Source: Monocercomonoides exilis PA203 (Eukaryota; Protista; Preaxostyla). From it: 64,000 nt of DNA. The position numbers and the translations under genes were made by a program. The first letter of the stretch is position 1; every line of letters begins with the position of its first letter. The notes beneath the pieces were generated by a model. The model had not been told where the DNA came from, made no database searches, and was given only the letters and a program-made list of their open reading frames with translations. Location: the NCBI GenBank assembly GCA_001643675.2, contig LSRY02000045.1, forward strand, positions 1-64,000, given 5' to 3'. Shown here one piece after another: positions 23,876-35,800 of the stretch.

Positions 23876-26800
23876 TTAAGCCAAACAAGACGATTTGTCT
23901 TCGCTCTCTTCCTTCAAATCTGCCTCAGAAACACATTCCGAATCAGACTGAGCAGAAGAAGCAGAAGCAAATGAACCAAAAGAAGAAACAGAAGAAGAAG
24001 AAGAAAGGCTATCAACAGACTCATCTGAGTCATCCAATGCATCCACTTCGGCTGAGTCATCTGAATCATCTGAGCCATCTGAAGAGGCAGAAGAGGCAGA
24101 AGAGGCAGAAGAGGCAGAAGATGCAATTGACAGGATCGACGCTGAGGTGGAGATGCTCACAATTCCCAACTCTCCATTTCCTTCTCCATTTCCTTCTCTT
24201 TTAACTTCTTCGCCCTCTCCTTCTCTTCCTTTCTTCATCAGCTCCTCTGCCTCTGGAAGAATTCCCGCAATCTTTTTCTTCAGCGCGCAGATCGACGGGC
24301 GCAGAGCGGGATTTTTCTGCAGCATCTGCTCGACGATGGGCCGCAGGAAGGAATATTCCGCGCCTATTTCGGAAGGTTTGCGGCCGGCAGCGATCGACAC
24401 GCCCGCCGCGAAGGCGTCTTCGTCCTCAAAGGGCATCTTCCGGCTGAGCATCTCGTGCAGCACCAGCCCCACCGAAAACACAGCGCTCTTCTCGTTCGGC
24501 TGCCCAACCGCCCCGCTCAGCTGCTCCGGAGCTGCCCACCGCTGCGCAAAGAAGTTCGTCGGCCGCTCGCTCTTTCTGCACAACACTCCCTTCCCTCTCT
24601 CTTTCTCTCTCTCTTTCCCTCTGCTCAGACACGACTCCACCGAGAAGCCCACAAAGTCCTCTCCTTCCTCGTCTCCCCATCCTCCCTCTCTTTCTCCCTC
24701 TCTCCCTCCTTCTCCTTCGAATGCCCCGCCCGCTGTCGATGAATACAGCCGCAGCGCAACTGCCCCGCCGTCGGTGAACACAACCGACTGCGACGTAAAC
24801 TCCCTCAGCTCTTCTTCTCTTCCGCTCTGCAGCAGATGCTCCACCCCATTCAGCACCCAGAATATCACCCGCGCTGCCTCCACCTCTTCCTTCTTCGCTT
24901 TCTCCCTTTTCTTCTCCTCTTCTCCTTCTTTCTCTTCTTCCATTCCTTCTATTCCCCCTCTTCCCATCCCCATGTTCTCCATCTTCTCCATCTTCTTCTT
25001 CTTCTTCTCCTCTGCCAAGTGCACCCTCGCAAACACTGTGTCCCTCAGGTCAACCACAACTGACTCGAATGGATGCTCACAGCTCATTCCTTCCACCAGC
25101 TGGCTCAGCGACGTCGTCGTCTGCGCATCTGAATACGGCACCATCAGACACGTCTCTGCCCCTTGCTCTGCACCCACCCCATTCACCCCATTCACCCCAT
25201 TCATTCTGTTCAATGAATTATTTGAGTTATTAGAATCATTAGAATTGTATGAGCTGTATGAGTTGTATGAATTGGCTGAATTGGCTGAATGAACTGAATT
25301 CAGTCTATTTATTCCCTTCCCTCCGCTCCCTCCATTCACTGCTGCCCCTGCCCCTGCCAAGCCAGGCGACACACACAGCGAACGATTCGACTCCGCCCCG
25401 TTCAGCACAGGCGGCGCAAACGGCGACAGCGCATTCGCCACCTCCCTCTGCCCCATCCACTTCTCCCTCTCCTTCTCCTTCGCCTGCCCCTCTTCTCGCT
25501 GCTGAGCATCCAGAAGCAGCTCCAGCGTGTTGCACTGCCCGTCTGCTGCCACCAGCCGGCAGTCAAAGCCATCCACCCCACCATCTCCCCCATCTCCATT
25601 CAGCCTCCCGAATCTGCCTGAGCCCTCGCACCGCAGCAGCGCCTCCTGCGACGAGCAGATCTCGCTCGTCTGCGCCGCCCCGCTCAGACCCATCCCGATC
25701 GCTGCTGTCTCCATCCGCTGCATCTCAAAGCCCCCTTCTGCCCCGTCCCCGTAAATGTCGTACGCATAGCGCATCCCTTTCGCCCGGTTCTTTTCCTCTA
25801 TTTGGCGCCGGCGCCTCGCCCGCAGCAGCACAGCCACAATCGCCAGCACAAGCACCACAGCCAGCACGATCATCCCAATGAAGGCATACAGCAGCCACGA
25901 GACACTCCCCTTTCCATTCTCTGTCTTTGTCATTTTATTTTGATCGTTTGCTTCAGTATTGTTCTCGTCTGCTGGCGGTGGATGTGCTTCATTGATCACA
26001 AACTCATTCGTTTGCACAATCAAATTGTTGTGCTCATCTCGAAACTGAAGAAGAACAGCAACTTTATATTCATTTTCCAATTTGCCTTTTGCTGAGCTGT
26101 CAATCAGACATTCCAATGTGTTTTCGTCAATGCTCTTCGTCTCTTTTATTGCTAAATCTTCGATCGTTGTTATTTCTCCTTCAATCCGAAGAACCCTCAA
26201 AACAGGCGAACAAGGCAGCAAAAGCGTGCCAATGAATTTCAATTCGATGTCTTTGTTTTCGTTCTCTGATTTTTCAACAGACTCAATCGAAGGAACAAAG
26301 AAAGACAGCGGAACTTCTGATTCACCCTTGTTCAAAGTGCCATCTTTGTCCAGCACCCAAAAAGAGGAGTTCTCTTTTGCTCCGTCTCCTCCTTTCACAC
26401 TCTTCACATTCAACGTGCTTCCATCTGAACACAAAATGTTGCGTCGAAGAGAAGGATAGCCGGAAACAAATGGATTGTTGTTCTGAAACATCCCCATTTC
26501 TATCGTAACAGTCGAGTTTGACAGAGAAATGGCTCCTTGAGAGAAGTTCTCAAATGAAGTATCGTTTATATTCACTGTGCTTTCTACAAAGTTGATTGAA
26601 GAGCTGCTCCATTCCCACACAAAACCAGTTTCTTCGCCAGTTTCTTCGTTTTCATTCACTTTTGAACGAATATTCTGTCCATTTTGGCTTCTCATTTCTG
26701 CAACACCCCAAAATGAGCTCTTTTCTATTGTAACATTTCCACACGAGGTCAAATCCAAATAGCTTCCTCTTTCGCGCTGCCCGCTGATGTTGCTGAACAC

Positions 26801-29800
26801 ACACGAGTCAATCAGAATGCGGCTGTTCCAACTGGCTGCCTTCACAGCTGCTCCTTCCGAATGCTTCAGCTGCACATCCCTCACTTCACACAGAACCAAC
26901 TCAAACGGCGTGTCGCTGCTTTCATCGGCTGCCTTGTAAAATTCAGAATTAAACTCAAAATTATCCGATTCTTCATCGAAAAGAGAAGAAAGAGAAGAAA
27001 GAGGAGAAGAAAGAGGAGGCAGAAGAGCAAACAAGCATCCTTCTTCCACACTCACTTGGCTGATAGAAACTTCTCTCAGCACAAAAGACGCTGCCATTTC
27101 GGCTGCAAAGGCAGACGAGTGCGAAGAGAGCGAAGAGACGTTGCTCCGCTTCACTTCCACTTTGCACCCGCTTTCTGCAGAGAGCACACCGCAGCACTCG
27201 AAAACATGCTCTATGCAAATGTCTGCCAGCACAGCCACGCTGCCGCCAGACACAGAAATGAGAGAGTTCGCAGATGACTCGAAGGAATTGGGAGATTGAG
27301 AAGAAGAAGAAGATGATGATGAAGATGAAGATGATGAAGAATCGGAAGGTGTTATGAAAGAAACAGAACAATCTTCTATTCTCAGTCCGCTGGCTGTCAG
27401 AGACGACGACTCGCACTTGATGACATGAGCCGACTGCGAGGCATCGCCCGACACGACAAATAAAGATAGCTCTTTGAAGCAGACACCAATCAACTCCACA
27501 GCAGCACCAGAGCAGGCCTCAATGAACGAATTCCCTGCTTCTGGCTCAAATGAAGACAACGAAGAAGAAGAAGAAGAAGAAGAAGACTGAGCAAATTGCT
27601 TTGCTCCAAATGCTTCTGCTGATGGCTGCTGCCTCGATGCCTGCAAGCGGATGGCCGAGAACGAAACATTGCTCAAACACAAACAATGACTCTCAACACA
27701 AATTACAGTATTTGCCAGCTGCGCCGGCTCTTCTGACGTGATTGTGCAGTCGCCCAGCGTCAGATTTCCGCTCCTCACGCCAAAGACAGAGCGATGTGGC
27801 GAAACGAAGCTGGGGCCGAAGACGATGTCCATCCCCAAAATGCTGCACTCCTCAGACGAAGACACCACACAATCCGCACTTCCATCGGTCTGAGCGATTT
27901 TGCAGTTGAACTCAAAAACAGCTGGGCTGCCTCCGACTGTCTGCACTGTCGCTGATGAAATGGCTGTCTCAGTTGAAACAGCTGCCTTCTTCACCACCAG
28001 CACGTTCTGGTACGGCTCGTCGTTCAGATGCCGCACAGCCTCGCTCAGCGTCTCACACGGGTCTTCCCTTCGCCCACAGTCCTTCTCGTTCTTCCCTTTC
28101 TCTCCTGACACAAATATCCGCTCTGACTTGTAGAACACAATAAATGGCACCAAATCAATCGGCTCCTCCTCCACTTTGTCCATCCCGAAGATGGCATTTT
28201 CTCTGTCAAAGGCCAACTCGCTGAAGTCCATCACAAACAGCGCCTCGTTGATCTGCTCAGCAATCGATCGGCAGACAATGTAAAGATCCTTCGCCACACT
28301 CGCTCTGTTCAAAGAAAACCGAATCAGCCGAAATTTGATTGGAAGCGCCTTCGCTTTCTCCGAAGACGGAGCATCTGAATCTTCTGGATCGTCCAGGCAG
28401 CTCAATGCAATTGCGCCTCCTCTGCCTTCACTCGTTGAGCACGCACATGTCACAAAAGACGACAGATTCGCCAGCACACTGCCTTCATTTGCCCAGCTGT
28501 CAGCCAGCCCACCCGCCTTCTCCTTCATCCACACACAAAACGCCCCTCCCAGCTGAGACTCGCTGTTGCAGTCACTGAATGTCGAGTTGTCCATCGTCAG
28601 CGCCACAGACAGCGCACTCTCACAAGAAATGATCGATGCCTTCGCATTTGTGCTGCGGATGAGATGCCACTGAAGATTCTCCAGTCTGATTTCGCTCGCT
28701 TCTTTGCTTGCTTTCGTTTCTTTGCCATTCCCTGATAAGACTGATTCCTCATCCCCCTTCTCTTCTGCATCGTCCACAGAAATAAACGATCCATCTGCAA
28801 AATTCAGAACATCAACAGAAAACGCGCTTGCAACAAAATGTGCAGCGGGTGCTGAAAGTCGGATGGCTGATGTCGCAAAGGAGAGCTCAGCCATTTTGGA
28901 CTCTTCAATCGAAAGTGTCCCAGACGAAACATGGAAAAGCACAAACGCAATGCCTTCTTCTGCTGTCTGCATCGCAAAGGAGCATTTGTTAAGCGTGGCT
29001 GTTCCTGTCTCAGTGAAAAGAAGTTCCTTTTGCGATGTTTCGAAAGACGAAGGCAGGCAGAAGTTGATGGAGGTGAATGTGAGCACAAGCTTGTTTGTGA
29101 GCACAGCCTCAGAAGGCTCAGAAAGAGATTGAATAGCTTTTCCCACATTGATTGTGCATTCATCTGAGGAAGGCTCATCAGAAGAGGAAGAAGAAGAATA
29201 ACCAGGAGAAGAAGGAACAGCTGGGCTTATTGAGCTGTTTGAAAGGTCCCACTCGTCTGAAATGGCAGCACTTGTGTTGATTTTGATTTCTCTGAACTGA
29301 ACTCCTTCTCTGAAATGCCTCATCCCTTCCCAAAACGACAGACAAGGCTCCGTTTCTGATCCGCACCCATGGATGTCTCTTCCACTCGACGACACAACAA
29401 CAGAAGTGTCTGTGTGCTCAAACAGCAGCTTGTCCAAAGATATGCCTTCTGTAAAGTTCACTTCATCTGCCCCAAAGAAAGCTGTTGTGTTCTTCCATTC
29501 AGTCCAATCAAACATCAACCTTCCAATGACAACTGAAGAATTCAAATCGGAGCTCAATATGAACACGTTTCTTCCAACAAATGCTTCATTCTCAGAAAAC
29601 ACCAAATCAGACAAAGAAAATCCATCGATCGAGTTGCAGCAGCTCAGATACAAAAACCCTCCTTTTCCGACAAACGTCGAGCAAGTGCAATGGCTAACAG
29701 AACTCAACTGCTCAGAATTTTCTCCCTTCAGACAGAAGCTTCCTTCTGCTCCAAGTTCAATTCTCATTCCTCCGCCTTCCTCACTCAACGCAGATGTCAA

Positions 29801-32800
29801 ATCATCTAAAGAGCAGTTCACAATTGACAGACGCGTCTCAAGCTGAATAGACCCAAACGAAGGCTGCTCGTCATACTCACTCACATGAAGAGAAGTGAAT
29901 TCACAGTTCTTGAAGCTTATTTCAGATGGCTGAGATTCTTGATTGGCCGATGATGAATAATCATCTTTTGTATCTGTTGTTGAATGAATCAAACTGAAAA
30001 GTGAACAAGATGAAAATGACAAATGCGTAAAGCTAACTCCCTCGAATGAAGCTTGGGCTGTTTGCGAAATCACAAAAGGCGTGACAGAAAATGAGGCAGA
30101 ATCATCATGGCATTGAGAAAGCTGCACAACCCCACCCAAAACGCTGATCAAATGCACGCAACTTGAAACATCTTGCGATTCTGAAGAAGTGAGGATGAAA
30201 GAGCACGATGAAAATTGGATGTTTCCTGTTTCTGTCGAAGAGGAAAACAACGAAGCACCTTCGGGTGTCTCAACAGCAAAAACAGAAGGAATATGAAAAT
30301 CGATCGAAGAAAACGAAAGAGCGGCTGTGGATGAAACAACACTCCCAGATGCAAACTGAACATTGGCGCTGATGTTAATCCCGCAGTTTTCTTTGCCAAA
30401 TGACACAACATTGACTGAGTTGAGCGAAATGTCATTTTCGATCGAGCCATTCGATTTCACAGTGATCACACGAAGTGGCTCATCTGCATTGCTCTCTGCA
30501 AGTCGATTGACAGAATAGTCAAGCGATTGGCACGGAACATATTTGTTCCCACAAAACACCTCGTTCTGCCCTGCTGGCGCCTCAACCAGAACAGATGCAC
30601 TCACAAAACCCTCCACAAAAATCATCAGATCAACCGCCTCGCTGAAATACCTCCTGTCAAACCCAACCAGCGCATTCGTTTTGTCCTCAAATTGTGTCGC
30701 AAATGCAAACAACTCAGAATTCACTCTCTTCCTCAGGTCATTCGCCACAATGAACATGTCTCTTCCCTGATGTGCCTTGTTTCCTCCAACACTTATCTCT
30801 GAAAATGAATATCGGTCATTGTTGTCTGTTGCACATGTCAAATAGATTCCTCCCCCGCATCCTTCAGAACTGCTGCAGATGCTGTCCGTCACTCCCACAT
30901 TCTTCATTTTCAGCTGTCCATCTACCCCTTTCAGCTCAAAAGACATCGCTCCTCCCTTTTTGCATCCTTCTGAGCCGAGCGTTTGGAACGTGCATCCAAC
31001 AACTTCTACTTCGTAGATGTTCTGAAGAGAGAATATCGAAGAACACGGATTCGATGCTCCATTGTTGATGCTGCTGAATGAAGAGGAGTTCAACAGAAGA
31101 ACAGCTGTTGATGAATCTCCTTCTCCTTCTCCTTCTCCTTCTTTTTCTCCTTCATTTTTTGGTGTTTCCACCTCCAACATTTCCATGAAAGATTTCTGCT
31201 CCAAATTGACTGATGCAAAATGGCATTCTTCAAACCACAAAACACCACCTGAACTGAATGCAAATGCAGAGCAGCTGAATGCCATCTCCTCCACCCACAC
31301 ATCACGCAGAGACACTTTCCCTTTCATTGCAGCAACCAACTTGAACTTCACAGGTTCATCTGTCTGCTTTTGGAATGAGCATTTCGTCAGACTCAGCCCA
31401 CTCCCTGCCAAATCTGTTGAATCATCGCATTCACTTGCAAACAGTACATTCTCATTGACCGAAACAGAACTCCCATCCAAAAAGGACGAAGGAATCGAAA
31501 TAAAAACATCTTCTATTGTGGCACTGCGAGAATTGACAAGCACCCCTTTTTGTGAATTGTTCAAAGTGTTCAGTTTGGAATGAATGGAAAGCGTTGAAGA
31601 AGGCGAATGCGAAGGCGAGTCAGAAAGTGAGTCCAAAGCATTTTGCGACGAGATTGTCAGCCCAGAAATGTCGTGTTCGTCTTCGATGTCTGTTGAGGAG
31701 GTTATGATTATTCGCTTGTTGGTGGCTTCTGTGCCAATATGCTTCATGGATGTCCAAAATGAGAAGCATGGAACATGAACACCACACCCAACTGAATCCA
31801 ATCCTTCAGAGCCAACGTTGATTGTGCTTCCTAAATAAGCAAATAGAAACACGGTCAGATCCGTATTTCCATATTTTGTGTCGTTGCCGACAAAGGCGTT
31901 GGTATTGCCAGCAAATTCAGAGAAATCAAAGTTGAACTTCGAAGTCTTGATCGAAGCATTCATTTCTGTGCAAGCGAGGAACATGTTCTCTCCCACTTTT
32001 GCTTCGTTTCCAGAAAAAGTCAGCTCTTCGAAGTTGAATTCTGCATCTCTTCCATTCAAGCAGAGGAACAAGAATCCGCCCTTTCCGCTGGCTTTGTTGC
32101 ATGCACAGCGGCTGATGCTGCTCTTCTTCAGAGTGAACGGCGCCTGAGACGAGGCAGACAGGCAAAGTGCTCCTCCTCCGAGGGATCCTTCAGAGAGACA
32201 TGCGGAGACAGAGCAGTTGGACAGAACAACACTCGCCGCGTGTTCAGGCGACAGAAGCGACGCTTTTCCAGTCTGAACAGCCGAAGAAGCTGAAGAGACT
32301 GAAGAGATCGAGTTGAATGTGCAGTTCAGGAATTTGAATGAATACTCTGAAAAATCTTTATCAGAAATATCCCCTCCTTCTCCTTCTGTTTGTTCTGTTT
32401 GTGCTCTTGAGGAAGCAGAAGCAGAATCAGACGTCGAATGAAGCAGAGAAGCCTCGTTTGAATGCACAATGTTGAAGAGGCAATCAGAATGCACACACAA
32501 ATTCTGAAATGTCGCCGTGTCAAAGGTGAAGTCGACTGAGTCGCTGATTTCCATCACAGCTGCACCAAAATTGACTGCCGAGTTTGAGCCGAAGCAGCAC
32601 GAGACAACAGACAGCACACCCGAAGACACCCCAACAAGAGGAAACGAGAAGGAAACAGCATCATCAGCATCACCAGCATCAGCATCACCAGCATCAGCAT
32701 CACCATTTGAATGGGCAAATGAAGAAGATGAATTCAAATAGAAATTGCATGATTCCAACGATGCTGCTCCACTTTGCGATGAAATCAGGAGCGTCATGCC

Positions 32801-35800
32801 ATTTGTGAATGAGGTTGGCACATTGAATGAAACATGAGAGATTTTCATTGTTTTCGTGTTTGTGATGGCAATTCCTGTTGCCTTTGGAATCGACTGAACA
32901 AAATCCACTTTGCACTCTTCGTTTTCTTCTGCGGATGTCAAAATCGAGTCAGAAAGATCGATTTCTTCTTTGATGAACGAAGACTCCTTCACTTTTATCG
33001 TCTGCATTTTATCTTCTTCTTCTTCTGCTGCTGCTGTTTCTTCTTCTTCTGTTTCTGGTGCTGCCTTTTGCTTCAGACTGAAATCGATCGTTTCACACGG
33101 ATCATCCGAGGGACCACAGCGGAACCAGTCGACACCTGTTTGGCTGGTTGGATCAGATGGGTCAGAATTGATGGCAGAAGAAGAAGAAGAAGAAGTGACA
33201 GAAGAAGAAGTGGTAGGAGCTTTGCCAAACACAAACACAACTGTGTTTCTGTATCGCATCGCATCCAGCAGATCAACATTATTCGACAACGTTGCACTTT
33301 CTGCGCCAAAGAACGAGTTGTCTGCGTCGAATGCACTCGAAAACACATCCACATATTTCGACAGATCGGCTGCCTGCGACAACTTCGCGCACTGAATGAA
33401 CACATCTCTGCCCAGCTCTGCCCGGTTGCCTGAGAAAGTGCACGACTCAAAGCAGAAGTCGCTCGAAGACCCATTCAGAATCAGATAGACGCCTCCTCCT
33501 TTGCCTTTGCTGCTGTCTTCATTGCTGCCTCTGCTGCTTCCAGCGCTCTCTTTGGCAGCACAGCTGCTGATGTTGCAGTTGATCATCTTCATCTCTTCTG
33601 AGCCACACACATCCCATCGCATCCCTCCTCCTTCAGTCGAACTGGCTCCCACACAATCTGTCAAGTTGCACTGCTCAAACACAACTGAGCCTGTCATCAA
33701 TGGACTTGTCGAAAAAAGTGCATTTGTGCCTTCGCTTCCTTTGATGTTGGCAAAACTGCACTGAGTGAACGAGGTCTGTGGATTGGCTGCTGAAGACGAT
33801 GAAGAAGAATCAGAAGAGGAGGAAGAAGAAATAGACTTAAATGCAAAGACAGCTGAGCTTCGACTGCTTGATGTGACATTCTGAATGTGAACAGAAGTCA
33901 ATTGGGAGCTGATTGAACCCTGCGACAGATCAAAGATGGGAGCAGAAATGAACAAAGGAGCAGAATGGCTGATGGTGCATTGGCTGATAACAAGCTTGGC
34001 ATCTGCTCTTTGATCAGATGAGATCAGAATGAGAGAAGATGAATAAGAATTAGACGATGGTGTTTCGTCCCATTGAAACGAGCAGTCACTCAATGTTAAT
34101 ATTCCATTTTGCAAAGAAACAAGCGATTGAAGCAGATGTTTCACTTCGTCAACCACCGACGGAGCAATTGAGAATGCAAGGCTATTCAATGAAGTCTCAT
34201 CAGAGGAGTGGAAAATGTAGCTGCTTTGACCAGAAACAGAAGATGGGATGCGAAGGTTGGCTTTTACAGATTCAGAAGGATCAGAAGAATATGATGATGA
34301 AAATGAAGATTTTGAAGCAGAATTTTGTTCTGGTGTTATTGAAACTGAGTTTAACAGATTTCCACTAGAAGTGACTGTTGAAGCACCTGAAATATAAACA
34401 GTTCTTTGTCCATTTGAATGAGAAGAAGAAGAAGAAGGACTTGCCAATCTGCCGAGTGCATAGTTCACAGTGGAGCATTTGCGACGGATTTCTCCACAGA
34501 AAAATATGTCTTCACCACTTGACTCAGATGTTGTATGTACGTTCATTGCAAAATAACCCTTCAGAAATATCCTCAAATCAATTGGATCACCTTGAAAATG
34601 ATTGAAATCGTCTCCAAAAATTGACATTTGAATTCCTTTCATCGATTCTGCTGTTGAAACAAAGCCAAATAGCGTTTCATTAACGCTTTCTTCAAAGTTT
34701 AAGCACACAAAATACAAATCACCTCCAAAACTTGCCTTATTTGAGCTGAAACTCGTGTTGAACACATAAAAATCTGTTGCTGTTGGCTTTGACCTACCGT
34801 AATTGGCATAAATAGCACCTCCTTTGCTGTTTGCAGGATTTGATTTGCACAAATTGAAAGAACAGTTGTTGATGCTGAGTGAAGAGGCAATATTCGAAAT
34901 TGAAGAATCACTTGATGATGATGTTAATTTCGCATTGAATGCAAGACATCCACCAGTAGCACAATCTCTGGAAGAAATGTTGTTGAATGAGCAGTTTTGA
35001 AGAGAAAGAGCCATATTTGATGAGCTGAGCTGAGTGAAAATAGGAGAATAAATTGACATGGAAGAAGAATACCATGAGGAAATATTATCGAACACACAAT
35101 CTCTGATTGAAGGATTTTCGCAAGAAGAGAAGAAAAAGAGAGAAAAGAAAGAAGATGATAGCTTAATATTAACTGCTGTTAGCTTTGACACAGAAAACTG
35201 CCCAGACTCAATCGAAAACAGCGCTGCAGACAGCTCTTTGTCTGCCGTTTGATTGATTTTGATGGAGTCAAACTGAGAATTGCTTTGACCAGAATTTGAG
35301 GAATAGAAAGTGTTGGGCTCATTGGATGAGTGAGCTGACGAGGAAAATGAAGAGGCACTTGTCATTCTCAGTATTCTTGTGTTGCTCGTTGAAAGCAGAA
35401 AACACAAATTCTGAACAACCAATTTGTTTCCGCTAACCATAAAAATAGCATTATTTGCAGCTGAGTTTCCAATCGTTGTTTTGTCTATTCCTGAGCCTGA
35501 TAATTCCAGAGGCTCTGTTGCAACCGTCAGATCAGCTATTGTTAAAAAGCCTTCTTCACAAAGCATCGGCATTAAATACGTTGTTCTCTGAGTTGAACGA
35601 GCATACTCAATTGTTTTGCATGGAAGGGTTCCTAATCCGCATCCCCATTCATCAACCCCAGAAGGCTTTATTTTCCTCTGCTCGTTCATTTTTGCAATAA
35701 GATAAGAAAAATCACCTTTTTCATTGATATAAAAACTCGTCCCTGTTGTAGTTGAATATGAATACGAAAAAATATAGTTACCAGGAGCATGGTAAGAATC

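Noticed and set aside
24147-25881. 381-aa and 210-aa plus-strand ORFs
   Set aside because: Antisense shadows of the GC-rich, low-complexity C-terminus of the 4308-aa gene, with no independent motifs.
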